64,000 nt of DNA from an uncultured delta proteobacterium (lineage in GTDB: Bacteria > Myxococcota_A > Polyangia > Polyangiales > Polyangiaceae): positions 1 through 64,000 of the forward strand of contig CAVQUB010000018.1 in the NCBI GenBank assembly GCA_963716725.1, written 5' to 3'. A program made the position numbers and the translations under genes. Position 1 is the first letter of the stretch. Every line of letters starts with the position of its first letter. Shown in pieces: positions 27,184 to 37,300 of this stretch. The notes beneath the pieces are model-generated. The model was not told the DNA's origin and did no database searches. It saw only the letters and a list, made by a program, of their open reading frames with translations.

Positions 27184-28788
27184 TCAGGCCTCCGGCGGCT
27201 CGGGCGTGTGGCGGGCCTCGATCTTCAGCCACCCGAAGAACTCGGCCATCTTCCCGCGCTGGCGCGGCGGCATGTACTCGAAATTGCGGCCCCGATCGAT
27301 GATCTCCCAGAAGTCCTTGGTGGTGACCCGCTCGAGCTCCGAACGGATGGTGACCAGGCGTTCCGGAGGCTCATGCGCCATGTCGTCGGCGATCATGCGG
27401 GCCCGCGTCTCGTCGCCGTGCAGAAGGTAGTACGCGGCCAACTTCACTTGCGCCTTGCGGACTCCCAGCAACCCGCGCTCTTGGCTCCGCACCGCCAGCG
27501 GGCGATCGAGCTCGAGGAACAAGCCGACCATCTCTTGTTCGATGACAGATTCGAGTTCGTGGGCGTACTGGCACAACGATGACACGTCGTAGGCGATGGT
27601 CTCCGTGACGAAGGTCAGCTTCATGTCGAAGCTGACGTGCCCGTAGTACTGCATGTGCTTCACGCCCTCGAGGGCCGCCTTGATGTGGCCAAGGCGAAGC
27701 ATGGACTCGACCAGGAGGCGGTACTGGTTCAGAACGTTGTACGCGGTGCGGACGTCGCGCGCGTTCAGCGTCGCGCGCAGGTAGGAGTTCATGTAGCGAA
27801 AGACGAGCTTGACGAGCTCGTCGTCTTTCGCTGCGGCGGCCGCTTCACCGATGTACCGGGTGTCGATGGCGATCAGGTAGCAGATGTCGCGCATCGCCCC
27901 CAGTGCCTCGTTGTAGATCCCGAGGTACTGCCGCATCACCTTCCACTCGACCCAGGTACGCCGCTGCTCGAGATCGTGCAGGCTCTCGGGATCCATGGCG
28001 ACGAAGTCCGGATTGGCCCGGATCGAATTGCCGACGTTGAACCACACGTCGCTGGCCGCGTTCTTGGTCGTCAGGTACTCGAGCGTGAAATCTTTGAGCG
28101 CGTCGACGGCGCCGCTGGCGATGATCTTGTCCTTGCCGGAGATCGAGTTGCTGGTGATGTCGGTCAGCTCCTCCATCGATCCGAGGGTCTGGGCCTGGGC
28201 CTCGGCGCTGGCCGCGCCATCGACCAGCGCGGCGCCGCGCTTGGCGACGCTGACCGCCTCGCGCCGGATGCGCGAGATGATGTTGTTCGGCTCGAGGAAC
28301 CAGAACACGTAGCCGAAGTAGGGCGCCATCAGCACGAGCCCGCCCGTGGTGGCGACCATCATCGCCAGCAGCGTGGCCCGCGGCACGTATTCACGCTGCA
28401 AGGCGACCGATAGCCAGACGCCACACACGCAGCAGATCACGTAGTACGCTGCGACCGTAAGGTTGACGCGGTCGCGCAAGAACATGCGCGCGACGCCGGT
28501 GTAGCGCTCGGCCGAGAGCTGAACGACGATGCTGACGACCGTGATCACGATGCCGAACACGGCCGCGGTCATGCCCGCCAGCGAGCTGACGGCGTCACTG
28601 ATGTGATCGGGATCGAAGCGCAGGTAGCGATCGAGCGGGCCGCCCGCGGACGCGCCGGCGGTCGCTCTGAAGAAGTCGATGCTGTAGAAGAGCCAGAAGA
28701 TCGCTAGCGCCGACGACGCCAAGAGCACGATCGGGATCAGCCACTGGCGCCAAAAGTTAGGCGTGCTCTGGCTCGTCGAGGGCGGCAT
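27184..28788 (-). CDS. DUF2254-like membrane protein
   Basis: Four N-terminal TM helices incl. GIVITVVSIVVQLSAERYT, then a helical soluble domain. Confidence 0.75.
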   Translation of the reverse strand: MPPSTSQSTPNFWRQWLIPIVLLASSALAIFWLFYSIDFFRATAGASAGGPLDRYLRFDPDHISDAVSSLAGMTAAVFGIVITVVSIVVQLSAERYTGVARMFLRDRVNLTVAAYYVICCVCGVWLSVALQREYVPRATLLAMMVATTGGLVLMAPYFGYVFWFLEPNNIISRIRREAVSVAKRGAALVDGAASAEAQAQTLGSMEELTDITSNSISGKDKIIASGAVDALKDFTLEYLTTKNAASDVWFNVGNSIRANPDFVAMDPESLHDLEQRRTWVEWKVMRQYLGIYNEALGAMRDICYLIAIDTRYIGEAAAAAKDDELVKLVFRYMNSYLRATLNARDVRTAYNVLNQYRLLVESMLRLGHIKAALEGVKHMQYYGHVSFDMKLTFVTETIAYDVSSLCQYAHELESVIEQEMVGLFLELDRPLAVRSQERGLLGVRKAQVKLAAYYLLHGDETRARMIADDMAHEPPERLVTIRSELERVTTKDFWEIIDRGRNFEYMPPRQRGKMAEFFGWLKIEARHTPEPPEA

Positions 28789-28879
28789 GGGCGGCCGCCC
28801 AGTCTACCCGCCTCGAGCCCCGTCCGGGGGAGAACCGAGCCCGAGCTTCGACCCCGGGCTCCAAAGCTGGTTCCCGCTC

Positions 28880-30415
28880 TCAGAGGCTGCCGAGTGGCTT
28901 GCCGAACTGGAAGACACCGGGGGCCACGTGGCCGCTGATCATCGCGTGCCCGGGCACGCCCAGCAGCGCCACGAAGTCAGTCTCGCTCGAGGGCTGGCCG
29001 GAGACCAGGAAGGCGTCGAAGGGCGTCACGGGCGAGAGCGCGTTCGGGTTGGTGGGCAGCTTGCCCGTGACCGAGAGGTGCATGTGGTGATGGTGGAACT
29101 GGTACCAGCCCTTGCCGGTATTGGTGGTCTCGAAGGCGAGCCTCGACTTCACGGCGGTGCATGACTTCGCGGGCAACCAGCCGGTGGAGCAGAGCGCCGG
29201 CATGGCGCTCTCGACCAAGGGACCGACCTGACCGTCGACGCCGATGACGCGCACGATCTCGCTGGTCATCATCGCGCCGAGGTACAGCGTCGTGCGCCAG
29301 AGATCGAGTTTGTCGGGCGCCGAAACGCAGTGGTACTGATCCGCGCCACCGGACTTGTGCTCACAGACGGGACGCAGCTTGTTGTCGGCAGTCCCGGCCT
29401 GCCAGTACCCGATGTCGATGTCGTGGCCGTTGACGTGTGTGCCCGCCGGGTGTCCGGGTTGACCGACGGAGGTGCCGGGGATGGCGCCGTTGGACTCGCT
29501 CATGTCACCGAGCCCGAGCAGCCCGCCGTTGCCGGTGTTCCAGGCCTTGGCCTTGCAATCGACGTAGGCGGCCGCGTACTTGACCAGCATCTGCGCGTCC
29601 CGCCGCAGGTAACTGCGGTACTGGTTCGACTGCGTCTCCCCGTTGATCGCGTAGTCCTCGTAGCCCGGGCCGAGATCCGGCTCGAAGGGCAGGAGCTCCC
29701 CGCAGTAGGCCAGCGTGCCGGTGCAGTCGCGCACCGGCAGCTTGCCGGTGCAGTCGGGACCTGGCCCCGGGCCAGGACCGCTGCCGGAGTCCGGAACACA
29801 CTTGCCGGAGGGCAGATTGCAGACGAGCCCGGAACCGCAGCTGCCCGCCGTGCAGGGCTTGGCCTCGCACTCGAGGGTCTTTGCGTTACAGACCTCGTTC
29901 GTCTCGCAATCGGAGGGGCCAGCACAACCCGGAACGCAGGCGCCGGCATCAGCGTTGCACGCGTAGGAGCTGGCGCACTCGCTGGAGTCGCCGCAGGTCT
30001 TCAGGCAGAAGGTGTTGCCGCTGGTCATCTTGAAACAGTCGCTGCCGCTGGAGCACGAGCCCGCCTGGCAGTCTGCGGTGGCGCAGTAGCCGTTCGGCCA
30101 GCCTTGGTCTGCGGTGAGGCACACCGAACCGGCAGCGCTGCAGTCACCGTCTTGCGCACACGCCGCGCCGATTTCTCCTTTACCCGGACCGCGGCCACCG
30201 CCGCCCGCGCCCACGGCGCCGGAGCCCGCAGCTCCACCCGAGCCCGAACCGGCCGCACCGCCGCTGGCCATCCCGCCGACGTTGCCGCCGCCGGCGCCCG
30301 TCGCGCCGTTACCGCCGGTCGCCTGCCCGCCGCCGCCACCGCCGCTGGACGAACAAGCGCCGAGTCCCGCTAGAAGTACCGCCGAAATGCCGAAGAAGAT
30401 GCTGGTCTGATTCAT
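28880..30415 (-). CDS. Cys-rich lipoprotein with a C-terminal MepA-like (LAS) zinc peptidase domain
   Basis: Lipobox LGAC; Gly linker; Cys-rich repeats; GDMS...HPAGTHVNGHDIDIGY (H-x6-D) and HHHHMHLSV (HxH). Confidence 0.75.
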   Translation of the reverse strand: MNQTSIFFGISAVLLAGLGACSSSGGGGGGQATGGNGATGAGGGNVGGMASGGAAGSGSGGAAGSGAVGAGGGGRGPGKGEIGAACAQDGDCSAAGSVCLTADQGWPNGYCATADCQAGSCSSGSDCFKMTSGNTFCLKTCGDSSECASSYACNADAGACVPGCAGPSDCETNEVCNAKTLECEAKPCTAGSCGSGLVCNLPSGKCVPDSGSGPGPGPGPDCTGKLPVRDCTGTLAYCGELLPFEPDLGPGYEDYAINGETQSNQYRSYLRRDAQMLVKYAAAYVDCKAKAWNTGNGGLLGLGDMSESNGAIPGTSVGQPGHPAGTHVNGHDIDIGYWQAGTADNKLRPVCEHKSGGADQYHCVSAPDKLDLWRTTLYLGAMMTSEIVRVIGVDGQVGPLVESAMPALCSTGWLPAKSCTAVKSRLAFETTNTGKGWYQFHHHHMHLSVTGKLPTNPNALSPVTPFDAFLVSGQPSSETDFVALLGVPGHAMISGHVAPGVFQFGKPLGSL

Positions 30416-30569
30416 GGTGCCCACCATGTCGTTGGTTGGAGGGCGGTGTCGCACAATGTAGGTGTGGAAGCAAGCGTTGCTCGCCGCGACTCCGCAACTA
30501 GCGGGAGTCGCGCGCGAATGCGCCACGCTGGCGGCGGGTGCGGCCACCCGCCGGCTCGGGTCGCGGCGA

Positions 30570-31073
30570 TCAGCCGGGCGGTTCGAAGTCGCGATCGAGC
30601 ACGGTCTTGCGCCCGTCCCGCGCCGCGTTGCGGATCGCTTCGTTGCAGAGCTTGCGCAGGTGATCGGACAAGATCCCGCTGACCGTGTCGGACGTGTTCA
30701 TGCCGGAGCGCGCCCGCACGTAAGCCTTGAGCTTGGACATCACCACGAGCACGTCCTTCGGTAGCTCGTCGGCGGCGTCGCTGCTCACGATTCTGCGACG
30801 CGGAGCCTCCACCCGTTCCTCTGCTGCTTCCGAGGCGCGTTCATCTTCCTCACGTTGACGTTGCCATTCCGTCGCGGTCGGCGCGCTGCGCTCTTCGGCC
30901 CAAGCGTCGCGATGACGCGCCTCCGGGAGGTGCGCGTCCCAGCACGCCACCGAGCAGAAGTACAAACCCGTTCGTTTGCGGTTGCAGGTCGAGACGCTGC
31001 ACACCCAATATTTCTGTTCGAACTCCAGGGGGCGCTTGCAAATCGAGCAAATCTTCCACGATGACAGTGCCAT
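30570..31073 (-). CDS. Bacterial histone-fold protein with an N-terminal ZZ-like zinc finger
   Basis: CSIC...CSVSTC...CSVACWDAH...H finger; C-terminal VLVVMSKLKAYVRARSGMNTSDTVSGILSDHLRKLCNEAIRNAARDGRKTVLDRDF with the histone-fold RKTV-x2-RD signature; RBS GAGGGAG. Confidence 0.85.
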   Translation of the reverse strand: MALSSWKICSICKRPLEFEQKYWVCSVSTCNRKRTGLYFCSVACWDAHLPEARHRDAWAEERSAPTATEWQRQREEDERASEAAEERVEAPRRRIVSSDAADELPKDVLVVMSKLKAYVRARSGMNTSDTVSGILSDHLRKLCNEAIRNAARDGRKTVLDRDFEPPG

Positions 31074-31087
31074 GGGCGAGCTCCCTC

Positions 31088-34000
31088 TCAAGACTTCTTG
31101 GTTCCGGGCTTCGGCGAGGTGCGGACCGACGAGACAGACCTGCGGGAGGGCGCGACCGACTCGATGGGCGAGACGCAGCGGGTGACCATGAGCAAGTACA
31201 CGACCCGACGGATGACGTCGGGCTCGTGCCCCGCCTCGACGAGTTCTGGCAGCGACGCCTCCGTCATGCCGATGGCGTCGGCAACGGTCATCTCGGCTTC
31301 GTCGAAATCGAATGCGTCCAGGTCGGACTCAGGGTGCAGGTGGAGCGCGTTGCCGGCGACTCGGGTCAAGACGCGGTCCATCGACGTCTCTTCGGGGTGC
31401 TCGCGTAGGCCATGGGTCAGCGTCGCGAGCGGCGAGACCATCCCGGAGATATTCCCCCAAATGGCCTCCAGCAAGTCGAGGCCATTGTAGAACGAGTACT
31501 TCGTCCCTGACGGCAGCCCGAATAGATACACGAGCCTTTCTCCGAGCTGCTGGTTGCGAATCAGCGCGATTTGCTCGGCGCTCACCAGACCGAATTCGAC
31601 GAGTTCCATCTCGAGGCTGGCTTCGTGCATTGGCGGCTGCGAGATCGGCTCGCTTTCGAGCTGAGCCTGCTCGAGGAGTCCGTTCGCGACGAGCGTCGCC
31701 CCGAGCGGTGCAACGCGACGGCCGATGTGCAGCTTGGTCGGGATGCCCTGCTGGAAGTACCCCGCGTGCTCCACGGGGGAGTCGTCGACGCGCTCCACCG
31801 GCTCGGTGAAAATGAGTGTTCCGGTCAGCGAACGATCCAAGAGGTAAAGTAGGATGTGCGAGAAGGGAGTCCGCTCGAAGGAACCGCTGGCACTGGGAGC
31901 GTGAGCTTGCTCGAAGCCAGCCGCGCCGCGTTCTGCGGGGGGCAGAGTCTTCGGCGCTCGGCGCCACTGCATGGATGGCGCCGACGGCTCGACCTCGGAG
32001 ATTTCGTGAGGATCTAGGGAGAGGTCTTCGATGACGGGGCCACGGTCCGGCGGGGCCACGGCCGCGGACGATCGCCTCGTGATCGAGGGCCCGACGCTGG
32101 GCGGCGCCGGTCGACGCGACGGCACGCTCTTGCTCGGCGTGTCGTCCATGGAAGGAGGTGCGACCGATTTGCGCGGCGGCCCCACCGAGGGTGGCGATGG
32201 CGCGAGGCGCCGCATCAGGGCAGACGGCGTCGAGGGCGTCGACGGACTCGACGGCGTCGAGGGCGTCGACGGATAAGAGGGCGACGTGAGCTCGAAGCTG
32301 CGCATCTCTGCGCTCTTCGGTTCGGCGTTGCGCAGATCGGACGCGTCGTGGATCACGGTTCGGTCTTCGGACCCCGGCAACCGCAGCGCGCGAGGCGGCG
32401 CGACCGGCATGACGCCGGGCCTGTCCTGTCGGGAGGGTCGGGCAGCCGCGGGGGTCTCCACGGGCGGGAGGGGCACCGAGGCCGCGCGCGGCGGGCGCGC
32501 CGGCGCCGGCTCGGGTTCGCCCTCGGGCTCGACGTCGGGCAGCGAATCGGTCGAGAACGCCAGCTGCTCGTCCAGCAGCGCCTCGGAGGAGATGTCCAAC
32601 ACCTGATCGGGTCCCAGCTCCTCCACCTCTTCGGCGGGTACCTCCTCGGGTTCGGGTTCGGGTTCGGGTTCGGGTTCGGGTTCGGGTTCGGGTTCGGGTT
32701 CGGGTTCGGGTTCGGGTTCGGGGGCGGGTGCGGGTTCCGATTCGGGTGCGGGGGCGGGTTCGGGGGCGGGTTCCGATTCGGGTTCGGGCATGTCACCGAA
32801 CACGTCCGGGAGCTCGGGCTCGTAGGGCAGACCGCCGGCCGCCTGAACCGGTCGAGCGGGCGGAATGGTGACGACCGCATCCGGGCTCGGCGCATCATCG
32901 CGCTGGGGCGGCACCGTGGGCACGGCGTTGAGCTCGTCGTAACTCTCCGGTGGCTCGGAGGGCGGTCGCTGCGGCGCCGGAGCCTGGGCCTTCACTGTCG
33001 CGAGCACCTTGGCCTGCGCCTCGGCCAACGCCGCGTCTGCAGCGACGACGCCGGCGACCTGGCGCGCAGGGTCATTCGCGAGATCGATGGCCACCCGCGC
33101 CTTCAGGTGCCCGCCCTGGGCGTCGTAGACGAGGCGGACCGTCGGGTTCACGTAGTCGGACGGCTCGGCGGGCGTCTTGAGCACCACCCCGCGCTCGCCG
33201 GTGTTGAGCTGTACCGGCGTGCCTCGTGGAAAGATCCCGAGCGCTCCCACCAGCAACGCCAGCATCGCTCGCGCAGTCGCGTCCTTCGCTTCAACACGCA
33301 TCTGCTCGAGTGCCTCGTCCGGCGTGAGCGTGGCGGCCGCCGCCAGATCGGGCTCGAGCAGCTCGTTGAAGCGGTTTGCCGTCGCGACGATACGGGGCGC
33401 CACCATGGCTCGTCGAGCGCCCCCGTAGAGCGGACCGAATTGCTCTGCTTGCCGCATCCAGTGCGACTCGTAGCCAATCACGGTACGCACCATGGATGCC
33501 GGGCGAAGCTGACCGAGGGCGGTGAGCACCAAGGCAGTTGCAGCTGGAAGGCGCTGCTCGGCGTCCTCGGTCATTCGCATCACCACGACCTCATTGCCGC
33601 GTCCGACCACACCCGTCACGAGCGGGTGCGCCACGTCGAAGAACAGGGCGCTCATCGCGATACGCGCCAACGCTCCGAGGTCGTTCGTGAGCTGCCGCGC
33701 CACCGCCACCGCGAGAATGCTGCGGTTCACCGAGCGGCCCGCCGTATCGTGGTTCAGGTTTCGCATGGCAGTGATGCCGAGAAACGCAGGGGTGTCGCCC
33801 TCCGAGAGCATCACCAACCGCTGCGCCAGGCGCTTGGCGTGGTGCGGCAGTTGGTAGCGTCCGTTGGTGAGGTTCTCGAAGATGCGTCGCATGACCACCA
33901 CACTGGTGGCGTAGGTGCGAACGACTTGCTCCTCGACCGTGAGATCTTCTTCTCCCTCGCCCATCCGAGCCGGATTGACGTAGCGCAGTCGAACGCGCGG

Positions 34001-34459
34001 TGATGGCTCGATGACTCCGTTCTCGGCGCGGGCGTCGCCCTGCTGAAAAAGGCGCGCCAGGGCCGTCAGATCGGCACGGGTGGCGTCGGTCTCGATCATG
34101 ACCTCGGAGACGCCCAGCCTTCGGACCATGGCGCCGAGTTCGAGGGCGTTTTCGTATTCACCACGCGAGGCTTTGAGCAGGTGACCGGCCACGAACACCG
34201 TGCTCTTGGCGAAGAGCAAAGTCAGCGGCTCGCCGGTCGCCACGCCGAAACCCCGAAGCGCCTCGACGGTCTGATCGATCTGCTGGAGCACGGCCATGTT
34301 GTCGATGGCGTGAAGCTGGACAATCTTGAGCAAGCGGAAGATCTGAAGTGCCAACGACGCGCCGATCTCGCGTTGTTGATGGGCCTGTGCGAGTTCGGCG
34401 ACGTTCCGCAGATAGGCGTTCTGTTGCGCCTCGTCGGCGGTCTGAATGCCGTCGCTCAT
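31088..34459 (-). CDS. Large signalling protein: degenerate HD-GYP-like domain, Pro/Glu/Ser-rich linker, C-terminal DUF4388-like domain
   Basis: [16 protein letters not shown]...[37 protein letters not shown] (HD-GYP scaffold); [26 protein letters not shown] (DUF4388-like). Confidence 0.75.
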   Translation of the reverse strand: MSDGIQTADEAQQNAYLRNVAELAQAHQQREIGASLALQIFRLLKIVQLHAIDNMAVLQQIDQTVEALRGFGVATGEPLTLLFAKSTVFVAGHLLKASRGEYENALELGAMVRRLGVSEVMIETDATRADLTALARLFQQGDARAENGVIEPSPRVRLRYVNPARMGEGEEDLTVEEQVVRTYATSVVVMRRIFENLTNGRYQLPHHAKRLAQRLVMLSEGDTPAFLGITAMRNLNHDTAGRSVNRSILAVAVARQLTNDLGALARIAMSALFFDVAHPLVTGVVGRGNEVVVMRMTEDAEQRLPAATALVLTALGQLRPASMVRTVIGYESHWMRQAEQFGPLYGGARRAMVAPRIVATANRFNELLEPDLAAAATLTPDEALEQMRVEAKDATARAMLALLVGALGIFPRGTPVQLNTGERGVVLKTPAEPSDYVNPTVRLVYDAQGGHLKARVAIDLANDPARQVAGVVAADAALAEAQAKVLATVKAQAPAPQRPPSEPPESYDELNAVPTVPPQRDDAPSPDAVVTIPPARPVQAAGGLPYEPELPDVFGDMPEPESEPAPEPAPAPESEPAPAPEPEPEPEPEPEPEPEPEPEPEPEPEEVPAEEVEELGPDQVLDISSEALLDEQLAFSTDSLPDVEPEGEPEPAPARPPRAASVPLPPVETPAAARPSRQDRPGVMPVAPPRALRLPGSEDRTVIHDASDLRNAEPKSAEMRSFELTSPSYPSTPSTPSSPSTPSTPSALMRRLAPSPPSVGPPRKSVAPPSMDDTPSKSVPSRRPAPPSVGPSITRRSSAAVAPPDRGPVIEDLSLDPHEISEVEPSAPSMQWRRAPKTLPPAERGAAGFEQAHAPSASGSFERTPFSHILLYLLDRSLTGTLIFTEPVERVDDSPVEHAGYFQQGIPTKLHIGRRVAPLGATLVANGLLEQAQLESEPISQPPMHEASLEMELVEFGLVSAEQIALIRNQQLGERLVYLFGLPSGTKYSFYNGLDLLEAIWGNISGMVSPLATLTHGLREHPEETSMDRVLTRVAGNALHLHPESDLDAFDFDEAEMTVADAIGMTEASLPELVEAGHEPDVIRRVVYLLMVTRCVSPIESVAPSRRSVSSVRTSPKPGTKKS
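32651..32722 (-). repeat. Perfect hexanucleotide microsatellite (TTCGGG)x12, encoding (PE)n
   Basis: Twelve identical units counted, flanked by degenerate PA/PE/SE codon pairs. Confidence 0.95.
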
Positions 34460-37194
34460 CGCTGCAGTCTCGCCTTGAATTGGATCGCCGCCTGCTGCGC
34501 CGCGTTCTTGACCGCGGCCGAGTTGCCCCACTTGCCCGAGGCCTGCTCGAGGACCTGGAGGACTTCCTTGGAAGTGCCGACCCTGACCAAGAAATGCATG
34601 GCCAAGATCCGGGTATCGTCGACGTCCTCGCGGGTGAACATGCCCGCCTTCGACACCAGATCTTTCAACAGGGCCTCGCCTCGGGCCGGAGACAGTTCGT
34701 ACAAGGTCTCGAAGAAGAGCTGCCGCTCGTCGACGGCCAGCTTGTGGAAGGCCGCGCTCTGGATGTGTAGGGCGAGCGGCGGCCCAGCTTCTTTCACCTT
34801 GTAACGCACCAGGGTGCGAAGCGAAGCCATCCGCACGGCGGGGTCGTGATCGGTCATCAGCTTGCCGAGCTCGTCGCGCAGGCCCTCCATGTTGGCGGCC
34901 GCGCGCATGGCCACTGCCTCGACGCGCAGCTCCGCGTGGGGGCTGGTCTCCGCCTTGCGCAACGCGACGGCGGCGGCCTCGGTCTTGAGCCGCCCCAAGA
35001 GCGCCAGCACGACCTTGCCGCGCGCGAGGTCGGGGTCGTCGAGCAGCTCACCAATGCGCTCCTCGCGCCCAACCGCGTGCTTCTCCAAGTAGCGAATCAA
35101 AGCGTTTCTAACGTCCTCGATCTCGGCGCGCGCCATGGCGCCGAGCACCGCTCCGAACGACTCCGAGCCCGCGTCCTCGAGCAGCACGGCGAGGTAGGGA
35201 GCACAGCGAGTGATCTTGGGCCACTCTGCCTCGGGCAACTTGCGCGTGAGCTCCTTGAGCACCATCGTCAGGGTGTCCTCGTCGAGCACCCGCCGCACCA
35301 GCTCGCTACGGATCTCGGGGCCGCCACGCACCGACACGCTCTCCGCCACGGCCACCACCATCCGGAGAGCAAACTCCAAGGTTTGGCTGGCCGCGTTCTC
35401 GTGCAGCGCGCCACCGAGGGGCACAGCCGCCAGGGGCAAGTTGCCGAAAGTCACCGCGTCGTTGGCAGCGTCGGCCAACGCATCGACGAAGCGCGCCTCC
35501 CACTCGTGCTCGGGCATGTCCATGGCTGCGGCGATGGCGGCCCTCGAACGCTCGTCGAGCGCCAGCGCGGAGGAGGCACGGACGGCGCGCAGCGCGACCT
35601 GACGCGCGGCGATGGCCGCGGCCTTTTCTTCGAGGTCCATGGCCTCGTCAGGCTCCGCGTTCTCGCCGCGGCGGCGGTTGATTGCGGCCAGGATCTGATG
35701 CCCGTCCTCGAGCAACGCCTCGTACTGGCGAGCTACCTCGTCGGAGGCGTTGAGCGCCAAGAACGACATCACGACCAGGTATCGCACGTGTTCGAACCCG
35801 CGCTCCCAGAACGCGGTGGCCATGTCGTCTTCGGGAGAGAAATCCCGATACGGGTCCTTGCGAACGAGTTCGAGCCAAGCGCGGAGCTCTTCCGCCGTGA
35901 TGCCGGGCAGAAATGTGAACTTGCGGAACCCGCTGGCGAACAGGTTGTAGGGGATCTCGTCGAAGGGATGCAGCGGCTCCCAGAGTACGGCTCCGCGCTT
36001 GGTGAACGAGTGCGGCTTCACGTCGAAGACGAAGTCTTCGGGGTGGCGGGCCAGAACCTGGCCGAGCACCTCGGCGGTGGCCGCGATCTGCTGCGAGGTG
36101 ACCGGGTGGTCCCAGGTGTACTGGCGGACGGCCGTGAGCGCGCGTTCGATTTGACGAAAGGCTTCTTGCAAGTGCGCCACGAGTTGCTGCTCGTCGGGCG
36201 AGAGCGGCGCTTCGCGTTTGGCCCCTTCCTCTTGCTCAGCCAGCGCGGCGAGCTGGCTGGCCGCTGGGGCCTTCCGCTCGGGCTCGGCAGCTCTTGGTTC
36301 CGCCGCTTGGTCCTGCAAGACGCCGAGGATTCGCGCGATTTCGTCGCGCATCTCCTGGGCGTTCTGGAAGCGGTTGCGCGGATCCCATTGCAGGGCACGG
36401 TCCACCAGCGCCACGGCATCGGGCGGCAAATCGCCCTTTGCTCGGGCAACGCTGGGCGCGGGTCGGGTGGCCGCGAGCACGAAGGCCTCTTGATGCGAGC
36501 GCCCTTCGTGGAGGCGCTTGCCGCTGAGCATCGCGTGCAGCACTGCGCCGATGGAAAAGAGGTCGGTGCGCGCGTCGATACGGTCGTTGGATCCGAGCGC
36601 CTGTTCCGGAGCCATGTACGCGGGCGTGCCGAGGGCGGTGCCGGCCAAGGTCGGGTCGACGCCGGCTTCACGCAGGCGGGCGACGCCGAAGTCGAGCACT
36701 TTTACGTAACCGGAGTCCGTGACGAAGATGTTCGCGGGCTTGAGATCGCGGTGAACGATGTTCATGCCGTGACACACCGCGAGAAAGTCGAGCACGCGGT
36801 CGATGATCTCGAGCGCGTACTCCACCGGCAGCGTGCGGTTGTGGCGCTTCCACAGCTTGTCGAGGGTGACCCCTTCGAGGATCTCCATGACGAAGTAGGG
36901 CTCGCCGTCCGCGCTGGTGCCTTCGTCGTAGATCTCGACGCGACCCGAGTGGTCCACCGCTTGAGTGAGCTTTGCCTCTCGGATGAAGCGCTGACGAACC
37001 CCGTCGTTGGTCGAGAACTCCGAGTGCAACACCTTGATCGCGACGGGGTTGCCGTCCGGATCCTGGGACTGGTAGACGGCCGCCATTCCGCCGAGGCCGA
37101 TCAGCTTCTCGATCGGCCACTTGTCCGCGACGACGGTCCCGATGCGCTGTTTGGCGAGGCTCAGCTCGTCTTGAACTGGCTGCTCTGCGGCCAT
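34456..37194 (-). CDS. Ser/Thr protein kinase with C-terminal HEAT-like repeats
   Basis: [40 protein letters not shown]; helical repeats such as [14 protein letters not shown]. Confidence 0.92.
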   Translation of the reverse strand: MAAEQPVQDELSLAKQRIGTVVADKWPIEKLIGLGGMAAVYQSQDPDGNPVAIKVLHSEFSTNDGVRQRFIREAKLTQAVDHSGRVEIYDEGTSADGEPYFVMEILEGVTLDKLWKRHNRTLPVEYALEIIDRVLDFLAVCHGMNIVHRDLKPANIFVTDSGYVKVLDFGVARLREAGVDPTLAGTALGTPAYMAPEQALGSNDRIDARTDLFSIGAVLHAMLSGKRLHEGRSHQEAFVLAATRPAPSVARAKGDLPPDAVALVDRALQWDPRNRFQNAQEMRDEIARILGVLQDQAAEPRAAEPERKAPAASQLAALAEQEEGAKREAPLSPDEQQLVAHLQEAFRQIERALTAVRQYTWDHPVTSQQIAATAEVLGQVLARHPEDFVFDVKPHSFTKRGAVLWEPLHPFDEIPYNLFASGFRKFTFLPGITAEELRAWLELVRKDPYRDFSPEDDMATAFWERGFEHVRYLVVMSFLALNASDEVARQYEALLEDGHQILAAINRRRGENAEPDEAMDLEEKAAAIAARQVALRAVRASSALALDERSRAAIAAAMDMPEHEWEARFVDALADAANDAVTFGNLPLAAVPLGGALHENAASQTLEFALRMVVAVAESVSVRGGPEIRSELVRRVLDEDTLTMVLKELTRKLPEAEWPKITRCAPYLAVLLEDAGSESFGAVLGAMARAEIEDVRNALIRYLEKHAVGREERIGELLDDPDLARGKVVLALLGRLKTEAAAVALRKAETSPHAELRVEAVAMRAAANMEGLRDELGKLMTDHDPAVRMASLRTLVRYKVKEAGPPLALHIQSAAFHKLAVDERQLFFETLYELSPARGEALLKDLVSKAGMFTREDVDDTRILAMHFLVRVGTSKEVLQVLEQASGKWGNSAAVKNAAQQAAIQFKARLQR

Positions 37195-37300
37195 GGCGTG
37201 CCCCGACGGGATCAGCTCATCATAGAAGCGTCACCAGGCGAGGCAAGCGTCTGGACCTTGGATTCCCCTTGGGATTTGCCGCACCCCCAGGAACACTCGT

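Noticed and set aside
32348..34003. ORFs with (GF)n or (PN)n repeats
   Set aside because: Alternative-frame readings of the (PE)n microsatellite
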